DNA of 64,000 nt from Chloroflexota bacterium (GTDB lineage Bacteria > Chloroflexota > UBA11872 > VXOZ01). The stretch lies in assembly GCA_963662335.2 (NCBI GenBank), contig CAXXVD010000005.1, positions 224,001-288,000 of the forward strand. The letters are read 5' to 3'. Position 1 is the stretch's first letter; each line of letters opens with the position of its first letter. The notes beneath the pieces are model-generated. The model was not told where the DNA came from, did not search any database, and was given only the letters and a program-made list of their open reading frames with translations. The position numbers were made by a program, and so were the translations under genes. Shown one piece after another: positions 1 to 8,861 of this stretch.

Positions 1-964
1 GCACGCCCGACCGCTCGTAGCGGTAGACCGTGCCCGCCTCCGTATAGCGCAGCGGCAGATCGCGGTAACTGCGCGTGCGGCTCTTGTAGACCTGGATGTG
101 GAACGGGCAGTTCATCGGCTTCAGGTAGTACTGCTGCTCGTCGATCTCCACGGGCGCGTACATGTTGTCGGCGAACCAGTTCAGGTGTCCGCTGGTCTGC
201 CAGAGGCCCGCCTTGCCGACGTGGGGCGTGTAGACGAACTCGTAGCCGCCCGCCCGGTGGCTATCCCGCCAGTAATCTTCCATCACGCTGCGCACGTGCC
301 CGCCCTTGGCGTGCCAGATAACCAGGCCGGGACCCACCTCGTCGGAGAAGCTGAACAGATCGAGTTCCCGGCCCAAGCGCCTATGGTCGCGCCGTTCGGC
401 TTCTTCCAGGAAGTGCAGGTACGCGTCGAGTTCCGCCTGCGTCTCCCAGGCCGTACCGTAGACACGCTGGAGTTGCCGCCGGTTTTCGTCGCCCCGCCAG
501 TACGCGCCGGCCGTGCGCAGCAGCTTGAACGCGCCGACCTTGCCGGTCGACGCCACGTGCGGGCCTTCGCAGAGGTCGATGAAGTCCCCGTTCTGGTAGA
601 TGCTCACGTCTTCAACCTGCGCGTCACGCTCCAGGTCGTCGATCAATTCGACCTTGTAGGCCTGCTCCCGCTCGCCAAAGAAGGCCCGGGCCTCTTTTAC
701 CGGCAGGGTAGAGCGCGTGAACCGCTGGTTGCGCTTGATGATGCGCTTCATGCGCCGGTTCAACTGGTCCAGGTCCTGCGGCGTCAGCGTGCGCGGCAGA
801 TCGAAGTCGTAGTAGAAGCCGTCTTCGATCGGCGGGCCGATGGCGAGTTTGGCCTCCGGCATGTACTCCAGCATGGCCGTGGCCAGCACGTGGGCGGCCG
901 AGTGGCGCAGGCGCTCCAACCGCTCCGCCCGTTCGCTCTCGTCTCTTCCTTCCGCTTGCGGCAT
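1..964 (-). CDS. thrS: Threonine--tRNA ligase, 5' part (runs off window edge)
   Basis: Not in the ORF track. ATG at 964 after GGAGA reads MPQAEGRDESERAERLERLRHSAAHVLA...IGPPIEDGFYYDFD...DLCEGPHV...GAYWRGDE...LQRVYGT...RDHRRLGRELDLF...YLKPMNCPFH, all ThrRS motifs; no TGS domain. Confidence 0.97.
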   Translation of the reverse strand, partial: MPQAEGRDESERAERLERLRHSAAHVLATAMLEYMPEAKLAIGPPIEDGFYYDFDLPRTLTPQDLDQLNRRMKRIIKRNQRFTRSTLPVKEARAFFGEREQAYKVELIDDLERDAQVEDVSIYQNGDFIDLCEGPHVASTGKVGAFKLLRTAGAYWRGDENRRQLQRVYGTAWETQAELDAYLHFLEEAERRDHRRLGRELDLFSFSDEVGPGLVIWHAKGGHVRSVMEDYWRDSHRAGGYEFVYTPHVGKAGLWQTSGHLNWFADNMYAPVEIDEQQYYLKPMNCPFHIQVYKSRTRSYRDLPLRYTEAGTVYRYERSGV

Positions 965-1030
965 GTTTCGTTCTCCCTAAGTGATACTCCGTTTGCTTTG
1001 CATTACCATGTAGGCAGCGCGGCAGCCTCC

Positions 1031-1100
1031 GTCATTCCCGCGCACGCGGGAGTCCATCTTCGCCGCGCAGCCAGTGGATTCCCGCTTTCGCGGGAATGAC
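1031..1100. repeat. REP-like inverted doublet, GTCATTCCCGCG-N-CGCGGGA family
   Basis: gtcattcccgcgcacgcgggagtcca...tggattcccgctttcgcgggaatgac; related copies at 33602-33627 and 57857-57882. Confidence 0.85.
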
Positions 1101-1131
1101 CGAGGCCGCGGCGCTATTGTCAGAGGCATAG

Positions 1132-1165
1132 AAAAAGCCTCTCGCGACAGGCACATACGAGAGGC
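1132..1165 (-). terminator. Intrinsic terminator / attenuator in the thrS leader
   Basis: Minus strand GCCTCTCG-13 nt loop-CGAGAGGC followed by TTTTT, lying between the promoter and the thrS start. Confidence 0.8.
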
Positions 1166-1367
1166 GGCCAAATGCTATTGAAAATTTAACGCGGTACCTA
1201 GCGCAATCCCCTCGTTACCTGCACTGGGAGCGGACGCGCGTGGTGATAGGCGCAATGCATCGTCGCGGCAGCGGGCCTGCGCTCGTACGATACACTACTC
1301 GCCATCTCCTCGTGAGCGCCAACGCCGTAGCGCGACGCAGACTCCAATGATACAGTCGCACCTACCA

Positions 1368-1397
1368 ATGCTACCGGAGCGCGCGTCCGGCTGTCAA
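1368..1397 (-). promoter_or_regulatory. Sigma70-type promoter for the thrS leader
   Basis: Minus strand TTGACA-18 nt-TAGCAT. Confidence 0.6.
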
Positions 1398-1424
1398 CGA
1401 GTAGCCCCCATGGTGCCGCATTAG

Positions 1425-1566
1425 GTAGCGCGGGGGCTTGTCCCCCGCCAGAGCCATCGAGACTGATACGTGGAGGATTGACCTACTGACTTCGCAGGTT
1501 ACACACATGCGCTACCGGAGACTTGGACGCGAGTTTCGCTGTCACTCTGTTTAGTGCGATAGCATT
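1425..1566. repeat. ~142-bp dispersed element beginning with the GTAG-REP GTAGCGCGGGGGCTTGTCCCCCG
   Basis: Colinear diverged copy at 36578-36720. Confidence 0.8.
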
Positions 1567-1694
1567 CCTCTCCGTTTCGTCTGGGCCCAAGCGCCGGCTT
1601 CAGAGCATGAATCCTTGCCGCCGCGGGTCGCGGTCGCTACAATTGTGCTCAGACAGGTTCAATCCATGACAATCACAACGAAAGAGTACGCCCG

Positions 1695-2978
1695 ATGCAA
1701 GTTGATCTCGCCTACGGCCGCACGGGACTTCGCGTCACGCTGCCTGACGTCAACGTGGACGTGGTGGAGCCCGTCGATCTGCCGGGCGTAGCGGACTCTT
1801 CCCACGCCCTGCGCGACGCCTTGCGCGCTCCGCTGGGAACCAAGCCGCTCCGCGAACTCGCAGGCGCGGATGACTCCGTAGCCATCGTCTTCTGCGACAT
1901 CACCCGTCCCGCGCCCAATCACCTCATGCTGCCGGCGATTTTGGCCGAACTGGCGCACGTGCCCCGGGCGAACTTCGTTCTCATCAACGCCACCGGCATG
2001 CACCGCCCCAACACCGACGCCGAGTTGCGCGGAATGCTCGGCGACGACATTGTGGCCAACTACCGCATCGTCAATCACGACTCAACGGATCGGTCCCAGT
2101 TGCGCTACCTGGGAAAGACGTCCACCGGCGGGCCCGTGTGGATCAACACTCACTATCTCGACGCATCAGTGAAGATTCTCACCGGCTTCATCGAGCCGCA
2201 CTTCTTCGCGGGCTTTAGCGGCGGGGCCAAGCTGATCTTGCCCGGCATCGCCGGGGCGGACTCGGTGATGCACAACCACAACGCGGCCATGATCGGCCAT
2301 CCCGGCGCCACCTGGGGCCGGCTAGAGGACAACCCCATTCACTGCGAACAGCGCGAGGCGGCGGCCCTCTGCCCGCCCGACCTCAGCCTGAACGTGACGC
2401 TAAACAAGCAGAAGGAGATCACGGGCGTCTTTGCCGGGGAGATGCTGCAAGCCCACGACGCCGGTTGCGCGTTCGCTCGCCGCTCGGTCATGCGTCCCGT
2501 GCCGGAACCGTACGACATCGTCGTGACGACGAACAGCGGCTATCCCCTCGACCTCAATCTCTATCAGGCGGTGAAGGGTATGTCCGCCGCGTACCGGGTG
2601 GTCAAGCCGGGCGGGGCGATCGTGATTGCGGCGGAGTGCGCGGAAGGCATCGGGCACGGGCACTTCGAAGAACTCTTGCAGGAGCGCGAGACACCGGCCG
2701 CGCTGCTGGACCTGATAAACAGCCCCGGCTTCTCCCGCTTCGACCAGTGGGAAGCGCAAATCCTGGCGCAAATCCTCCTGAAAGCAGAAGTCCACCTCTA
2801 CGCCGAGAACCTCACAGACGCCGCCATACAGGACGCGCACCTCACGCCGTGCCGCTCGATCGAGGAGACCGTGGCGTTGCTGCGCGCTACGCATGGGCCG
2901 GATGCCCGCGTCTGCGTGCTGCCCATGGGACCGCTGACCATTCCCTACGTCGCGGAACCGGCGGCGGCAGCGGTCTAG
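1695..2978 (+). CDS. larA: Nickel-pincer-dependent lactate racemase family protein
   Basis: Motifs DITRP, ATGMHR, EPHFFAGFSGGAK, NHN, GYPLDLNLYQAVKG. Confidence 0.9.
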   Translation: MQVDLAYGRTGLRVTLPDVNVDVVEPVDLPGVADSSHALRDALRAPLGTKPLRELAGADDSVAIVFCDITRPAPNHLMLPAILAELAHVPRANFVLINATGMHRPNTDAELRGMLGDDIVANYRIVNHDSTDRSQLRYLGKTSTGGPVWINTHYLDASVKILTGFIEPHFFAGFSGGAKLILPGIAGADSVMHNHNAAMIGHPGATWGRLEDNPIHCEQREAAALCPPDLSLNVTLNKQKEITGVFAGEMLQAHDAGCAFARRSVMRPVPEPYDIVVTTNSGYPLDLNLYQAVKGMSAAYRVVKPGGAIVIAAECAEGIGHGHFEELLQERETPAALLDLINSPGFSRFDQWEAQILAQILLKAEVHLYAENLTDAAIQDAHLTPCRSIEETVALLRATHGPDARVCVLPMGPLTIPYVAEPAAAAV

Positions 2979-2989
2979 CGCGGCGCGGT

Positions 2990-4153
2990 TCAGATTCTGC
3001 GGCCTCTGCCGCTATACCCTTCCGAGGGGATGATCGTAGACGGCGGCGCCAGCCGCGCGCCCGGATCCACGTCCAGGTTCATGCCGGAGACCAGTCCTTG
3101 CTGGAGCCGGTAGTAGCCGCAGGCGCCGATCATCGCGGCGTTATCGGTGCAGAAGGCCAGGTCCGGAATCCGCACCGGCACCGGCGCGTGGGCGGTAATC
3201 TCCTCACGCAGGAGGCTATTTGCCGCCACGCCGCCCACCACAAGTATCATCTTGACCTTGAATTCCCGTGCCGCTTCCACGGTCTTTGCAACTAGGACGT
3301 CCGCGATTGACTGCTGGAAACTGGACGCCACCTGAGCCACGTAGAGCGGCACGTCCATGCCGACCATGCCGCCGGGGGGCACACTCAGCGGTTCGGAGAG
3401 GTCTTGATCGCGCATACGGCTCTCCATGTAGCGCAGCACAGCGGTCTTTACGCCGCTAAAGCTGAATTCGTAGGTGCCTTGCATCCACGCCCGCGGCAGT
3501 TCCACCATGTTGCGGCGTCCCCGCAGGCCGTACCGCGACAACTGCTCCGCGGCCAATTGCACGGCCGGCCCACCCGGGTACGGCAGGCCGAGAATGCGGC
3601 CCACTTTATCGAAGGCCTCACCCGCGGCGTCGTCGCGGGTAGCGCCTACCAGGGCGTAGTCCCCATGGCCGCGCATAAGCACAAGCTCCGTGTGGCCGCC
3701 GGAGACCACCAGGGCAAGCAAGGGAAACCGCAAGTCATCCGGCTCTTCGCTCCGGAGCGCGCGCCGCGAGCGCGAGAGCCACGCCGCGTAGACGTGGCCT
3801 TCGAGATGGTTGACGCCAATCAACGGGATGCCGAGCGAGAAAGCAACGGACTTGGCAAAATTGAGGCCGACCAGCAACGCGCCCGCCAGGCCGGGGCCGT
3901 ACGTGACCGCTACGCCGTCCAGGTCTTCCCAGGCGGCGTCCGCCTCGATCAGCGCCTCGTTGACAACGGGCATAATGGTCGCCAGGTGCTGCCGAGACGC
4001 AAGTTCCGGCACCACGCCGCCGTACTTCTGGTGAATCTCCACCTGCGAGGCGACGACGTTGGCCCGGACGTAGCGGCCGTCTTCCACCACGGCCGCCGCC
4101 GTCTCGTCGCACGACGTTTCAATCGCGAGCAGTGTCTTCGACGAAGTCGCCAA
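2990..4153 (-). CDS. tsaD: tRNA threonylcarbamoyltransferase TsaD
   Basis: AIETSCDET, GGVVPELASRQH, VNHLEGH, VSGGHT, DDAAGEAFDK, FSFSGVKT, TDNAAMI; TTG start after AGGAGG. Confidence 0.97.
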   Translation of the reverse strand: MATSSKTLLAIETSCDETAAAVVEDGRYVRANVVASQVEIHQKYGGVVPELASRQHLATIMPVVNEALIEADAAWEDLDGVAVTYGPGLAGALLVGLNFAKSVAFSLGIPLIGVNHLEGHVYAAWLSRSRRALRSEEPDDLRFPLLALVVSGGHTELVLMRGHGDYALVGATRDDAAGEAFDKVGRILGLPYPGGPAVQLAAEQLSRYGLRGRRNMVELPRAWMQGTYEFSFSGVKTAVLRYMESRMRDQDLSEPLSVPPGGMVGMDVPLYVAQVASSFQQSIADVLVAKTVEAAREFKVKMILVVGGVAANSLLREEITAHAPVPVRIPDLAFCTDNAAMIGACGYYRLQQGLVSGMNLDVDPGARLAPPSTIIPSEGYSGRGRRI

Positions 4154-4865
4154 GGAAGCCTCCTGTTTCCGGGTAGGTCGTCGTCCACGTATGCTTCTGC
4201 CGCAGCCGGGCGACCCGCTCCTGGAACATTCGTTGAAAGTCCGCCACGTTCACGTCGTCGCTCCACATGACCAGCGCGTCTTCGTGATTGTCGCTATAGT
4301 AGCGCGGCCGGATCCCGGTGGAGCGAAACGAGTATTTTCGGTAGAGCGAACGCGCCAGGCCGTTGGAAACGCGCACCTCCAGCGTGACCCAACGCGCCGC
4401 CAGGCCGATCGCCACGTCGATGAGGGCGGAGAGCATCAACTCGCCGACGTACTGGCCGCGCACGTCGGGCCGCGTCGCGATGGTGGTAATGTGGGCTTCG
4501 TCCACCATGAGCCAGAGCCCGCCGTACGCCACGAGCGTGGGCCGCCCGTAGCGCCATTGCCGCTCGCTTTCCCGATCCAGCGAGGGCAAGAGCGAGAACG
4601 GGAAGGGTCTGGCGCGCGGCGCCGGGGCCGCCTCTTCCTCTCTTTCGCCGTCCGCCACGGCATCCAGGTCGCGAATCACCAGGTAGCGCGCCAGTTTGTT
4701 CTCTTTGATTTCGCGGCGATAGGCGTTGCGCGGCCACGGCAGGGTAAACGAGGCTTCTTCGATGCCGCGCACTTCGGCCACGTCTTCCACCTGCATCGGC
4801 TCGATGCGCAGCCGCATTGCCTGCTGCCGGGGGCGCTCCGCGGCAACGATTTCCGTTTGTGCCAT
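4119..4865 (-). CDS. rimI: Ribosomal protein alanine N-acetyltransferase (GNAT)
   Basis: DEAHITTIA, TLEVRVSN, RPRYYSDNHEDALVMW; sits between tsaB and tsaD; start at ATG 4865 (MAQTEI). Confidence 0.9.
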   Translation of the reverse strand: MAQTEIVAAERPRQQAMRLRIEPMQVEDVAEVRGIEEASFTLPWPRNAYRREIKENKLARYLVIRDLDAVADGEREEEAAPAPRARPFPFSLLPSLDRESERQWRYGRPTLVAYGGLWLMVDEAHITTIATRPDVRGQYVGELMLSALIDVAIGLAARWVTLEVRVSNGLARSLYRKYSFRSTGIRPRYYSDNHEDALVMWSDDVNVADFQRMFQERVARLRQKHTWTTTYPETGGFLGDFVEDTARD

Positions 4866-4899
4866 TACTCCACTCGGCGTTTGATTAACATCCTGGCAA

Positions 4900-5697
4900 C
4901 TACGGCGCCGGTTCGCCAATCAACGGGTGTATGCGGTGGCGCGGCACTTTGGTCGCCGGCCGCCGCAGGTAGTCCGGTTCAACAGTCAATGGGTCTACCG
5001 TCCCGCCCTTGGCAAGATAGTCAGCGCCCAGCGCCGCCACCGACGCGGCGCGGCGCACGCTGGCGAGACTGGATGGAAAGACCGTCAGCTTCTTCTCCAC
5101 GCGCGCTTCGATCTCTTGCCGGTGCGCCGGCGAGATTTCACCGCAAATGATCGTCCGCTTCACGATCTTCGCGCAGATCTCCGGCACGCCCAGAATCGCG
5201 AAGTCCTCCAGACGGCGCGCTTTCCTGGCAACGGAACGATACCAGCCCACGTAGAGTTCATCGCGTCCGGCCTCCAGCACGGCGCACACGTGGGCGTTCG
5301 ACGCTTGCAGGTGGGGGTAGGAAATGGCGTCCAGCGTGGGAACGGTGACAAGCGGCACGCCCAACGTGAGGCAGAATCCCTTGGCGGTCGCCATGCCCAC
5401 GCGCAGGCCGGAGAACGAGCCCGGCCCGGACACGACGGCCACGGCGCTAATGGGAATCTGACTCCGGCCCGCCGCCACGTACCCTTCCCGGGGCGCGGCC
5501 GCCTCCGCGCCGGCCGGCGCGGCGGATTGCGGGACGTCCCCGCTTGCGGCAATCATCGTCCAGAGGCGCTGGATGGTCTCCATGAGTTGCTCGGTGGCAT
5601 GGTAGCCCGCCACCCAGTTGATTTCCCCTACGATGCGGTCGTTCGCGTAGAACGCCACACCGAGTTGCCGCGTAGACGTGTCAATCGCCAAGAGCAT
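4900..5697 (-). CDS. tsaB: t6A biosynthesis protein TsaB
   Basis: LLAIDTST, GPGSFSGLRVG, VEPDYLR. Confidence 0.95.
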   Translation of the reverse strand: MLLAIDTSTRQLGVAFYANDRIVGEINWVAGYHATEQLMETIQRLWTMIAASGDVPQSAAPAGAEAAAPREGYVAAGRSQIPISAVAVVSGPGSFSGLRVGMATAKGFCLTLGVPLVTVPTLDAISYPHLQASNAHVCAVLEAGRDELYVGWYRSVARKARRLEDFAILGVPEICAKIVKRTIICGEISPAHRQEIEARVEKKLTVFPSSLASVRRAASVAALGADYLAKGGTVDPLTVEPDYLRRPATKVPRHRIHPLIGEPAP

Positions 5698-5721
5698 TGG
5701 TAGCTTGCAAACCTCAACGTT

Positions 5722-6222
5722 CTAGAAGCCGAACGCGTGCCGGCGGTATTCGTGGAGGATCTTTTGAAAGCGCTCGCCTTCCGACTCGAAGTGAAGAACG
5801 CGTTTCGTATCCGTCATAATCTCGATGCTAATCATGAGCCACGTTTCCGGCAGGAAGTCGCGCACCTTGCGCGCCCACTCGATGACACAGACGCCGTCGC
5901 CCTCCAGGTACTCCTCCAGCCCGAGGTTCCACAGGGAGTCGCTCGAGCTAATGCGGTAGAGATCGACGTGGTAGAGCGGTATCTTGCCGGAACGGTACTC
6001 TTTGATGAGCGTGTAGGAGGGGCTGGTTACCTGTTCCTCTACTTCCAGGCCCAGCGCCACCCCTTGCGCGAAAACGGTCTTTCCCGCTCCCATAGTGCCT
6101 TCCAGCAACACCACGCTGCCCGGCGCGACCAGGGTGCCCAGCCGCAGACCCAGGCGCTGGGTCTGGGTCTCGCTGTGGCTGATGCACTCGAGCTTCTGTT
6201 CCACGTCTTTGCTGGTTGACAC
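5722..6222 (-). CDS. tsaE: t6A biosynthesis ATPase TsaE
   Basis: GTMGAGKT, VTSPSYTL, HVDLYR, IEW. Confidence 0.96.
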   Translation of the reverse strand: MSTSKDVEQKLECISHSETQTQRLGLRLGTLVAPGSVVLLEGTMGAGKTVFAQGVALGLEVEEQVTSPSYTLIKEYRSGKIPLYHVDLYRISSSDSLWNLGLEEYLEGDGVCVIEWARKVRDFLPETWLMISIEIMTDTKRVLHFESEGERFQKILHEYRRHAFGF

Positions 6223-6234
6223 GGGCGTATCCTC

Positions 6235-7281
6235 TCAATCGCCGGCATGCGGGCGCGCCGCCGCGGCGCCAAAGTGATCGTAGCCCTCGTGCGGAACCGC
6301 CACGGCGGCTCCACGTTCGTCGCGCACGGTTAGGGTCCCGGCCTGGCCCGCTATAATTGTACCAATAACCGTACTCCCTATCAGTCCCGCGTTCGCCAGG
6401 GTCTGTTGCGCCCGCTTCATTACGTCCGGCGGCGCGGTGAAGAGTAATTCGAAGTCCTCGCCGCCGGTGAGCGCCTGCGCGCGATACCCGCCGCCTAGCA
6501 CAGCCGGGAGCGCCGCATCGGTGGGAACGTCCGCCAGGCGGATTTCCGCCGCCACGCCGCTCGCCGCGCAGAGCCTGCGCAGGTCGGCCGCGAGGCCGTC
6601 GCTTACGTCCATGCCGCAGCGCACGCCGGCGGCAACGAGCGCCTGGCCTTCGCGCAAGCGCGGCACGGGCCGCCGCTGGGCGGCTATGAAGCGCGCCGCG
6701 TGCGGTTCCCGCGCAATCTCGCCCCGTTCCAGCAGCGCCAAGCCGGCCGCCGCGCTCCCCAGCGCTCCCGTCACCGCTACCTGATCGCCGACGCGCGCCG
6801 ACGCGCGCCGCAGCACCCGCTCGTCGCTCTCAACCTCTCCAATCACCGTCAAGCTTGCCATCACGTGTGCGCTTGCCGAAAGGTCGCCGCCGATAATGGG
6901 AGCGCTCGCCGCCTCCGCCAACGTGGACATACCCCGGTAGAACGCCGTCACGTCCGCCGCCTGGCACGCAGGAGGCAGACAGAGCGTGACCAGTACTCCC
7001 CGCGCCAGCCCGCCCATCGCCGCGACGTCGCTCAAGTTCACGGCGAGAGCCTTCCAGCCAATGTCCTCCCAACCGAACGTGCGCAACCGAAAGTCTACGT
7101 CCTCCACGAGGGCGTCGGTAGTGGCGATCAACCCGCCGGTACTGCGCCGCGACTTTGGCGGCAGCGTCCACAACGCCGCATCGTCTTGAAAGTCCAACGC
7201 CATATCCGCTGACGTATAGACGCTCCGCGCGATTTCCTCGATGAGTCCGAACTCACCAATTTCTGCGAGCTTTACGGCCAT
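6235..7281 (-). CDS. thiL: Thiamine-phosphate kinase
   Basis: GEFGLIE, DDAA, TDALVE, NLSDVAAMG, MDVSDGL, GGEDFELL; ATG 7281 after GGAGGGAG. Confidence 0.95.
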   Translation of the reverse strand: MAVKLAEIGEFGLIEEIARSVYTSADMALDFQDDAALWTLPPKSRRSTGGLIATTDALVEDVDFRLRTFGWEDIGWKALAVNLSDVAAMGGLARGVLVTLCLPPACQAADVTAFYRGMSTLAEAASAPIIGGDLSASAHVMASLTVIGEVESDERVLRRASARVGDQVAVTGALGSAAAGLALLERGEIAREPHAARFIAAQRRPVPRLREGQALVAAGVRCGMDVSDGLAADLRRLCAASGVAAEIRLADVPTDAALPAVLGGGYRAQALTGGEDFELLFTAPPDVMKRAQQTLANAGLIGSTVIGTIIAGQAGTLTVRDERGAAVAVPHEGYDHFGAAAARPHAGD

Positions 7282-7566
7282 TCTCCCTCCGCGACGTACA
7301 CGCAACCGCGTTCAGAATAACAGGCGTATCGCACACGGGCAACTAACCTCTGCCGGATCGGTTGATAGCGCCCGCACTTGCCGCAACCTCCTCTTGCTCG
7401 CGGCGCAGTTTCACCGACGGGTTGCGCCTCTCCACCGCGGCGCGGGCCGCTCAGAATCACCGCCTGTCCAGGCTATGCTACCATGCTCACAGTTTCGCAT
7501 TGCGCGCCGCAGCGCCGCCGCGCCGCCAATCACCCGCGCCAGCAGAGCAGAGAAGGGAAAGCGCCG

Positions 7567-8676
7567 ATGCCGCCTTCTTCACCGCAGCCTGAATCACTGA
7601 AGAACCGCTTGCGGGCGGAAATTGCCGATCTTGCCGCCTTGCACGGCCCCTCGGGACGGGAACAAGCGGTTGTCGCGGCCTTGGCGGAGCGCGTGCGTCC
7701 ACTCGCCCAAGCGTTGCGGGTGGACCGGATGGGCAATCTGCTTGCCGACTGCGGCGGGCCGCCGGACGCGCCGTTAGTCCTGTTGGACGCGCACGTCGAT
7801 GAGATCGGCTGCCTCGTGCGCAGCATCGAGCCGGACGGCTTCCTGCGCCTCTTCAAAGTGGGCGGCATTCTGGACGGCCTGCTCGTGGGACGCAAAGTCT
7901 GCGTCAACGGCCGGCGCGGCGTGATCGGCGTCAAAGCCGGGCACCTGCAGTCGGCGGAGGAGCAGCGCAGCGTGGTTCCCGTCCGCGACCTCTACGTCGA
8001 CCTGGGGTTCTCTTCCAATGCCGAGGTGCGGCAGGCAGGCATCGCGGTGGGCGCTCCGGTGACGTACGTGAGCGAAGTGGAACCGCTGGCAAATCCCGAT
8101 CGCCTCTGCGGCAAGGCGATCGACAACCGCGTGGGCTGCGCCGTGCTGCTCGCCGCGCTGCGGCAACTTGCGGCTTCACCGCCGCCGGTGCGGCTGGCGG
8201 CGCAGTTTACGGTGCAGGAGGAGACCGGGCTGCACGGCGCGGGCCCGGCCGCGTTCAACTTCGCGCCGCACGTGGCAATCGCCATCGATACCGTGCCCTG
8301 CGGCGATACGCCGGAGATGAAATTCCACAGCGAACTGCCCGTGGCTCTGGGACGCGGGCCGGTGCTGCAGGCGGCCAGCAGCAGTTCCTACGGCGGCATG
8401 ATCACGCCTGAGTCCGTGCTGGCGTTCGCGGTGCGCGTCGCCGATGAACACGGCATTCCCCATCAGGAGGCGATCCTGGAAGGCGGCAGCACCAACGCCA
8501 CGGCCATCCACTACTCCCGCACGGGCATACCGGCAATCGCCGTCACCATTCCCCGCCGCTACTCACATTCCCCTATAGAGGTCGTCGATCTGAATGACGT
8601 CGCAGCCACGCTGCAACTGGTGGTGGCAATGACACAACAAGCGCGGGAGGAAAGTTTCGCATTCCTGCCGGACTGA
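7567..8676 (+). CDS. M42 family metallopeptidase
   Basis: DAHVDEIG, KAIDNRVG, QEETG, IAIDT, RYSHS. Confidence 0.9.
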   Translation: MPPSSPQPESLKNRLRAEIADLAALHGPSGREQAVVAALAERVRPLAQALRVDRMGNLLADCGGPPDAPLVLLDAHVDEIGCLVRSIEPDGFLRLFKVGGILDGLLVGRKVCVNGRRGVIGVKAGHLQSAEEQRSVVPVRDLYVDLGFSSNAEVRQAGIAVGAPVTYVSEVEPLANPDRLCGKAIDNRVGCAVLLAALRQLAASPPPVRLAAQFTVQEETGLHGAGPAAFNFAPHVAIAIDTVPCGDTPEMKFHSELPVALGRGPVLQAASSSSYGGMITPESVLAFAVRVADEHGIPHQEAILEGGSTNATAIHYSRTGIPAIAVTIPRRYSHSPIEVVDLNDVAATLQLVVAMTQQAREESFAFLPD

Positions 8677-8709
8677 CCCGACAAGGACCAAGCTCTGCGG
8701 ACCTTCAAC

Positions 8710-8733
8710 GTCATTCCGAGCGCAGCGAGGAAT
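8710..8733. repeat. REP-like element GTCATTCCGAGCGCAGCGAGGAAT
   Basis: Identical core at 47336 and 57813. Confidence 0.75.
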
Positions 8734-8861
8734 ATAATGACGCGCGTACTGCGTTCGGCATCACCTTGCTCCTGCGAGAATGAGGGGCAAGGAGTCTCGT
8801 TCTCCTGGCGTGTTGGCCCTATGCCTCAAGTATCGATAGCGCCCGTGTCCGTGCCATGGGA

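Noticed and set aside
98-1099. 333-aa plus-strand ORF
   Set aside because: Antisense shadow of thrS; the real gene is on the minus strand
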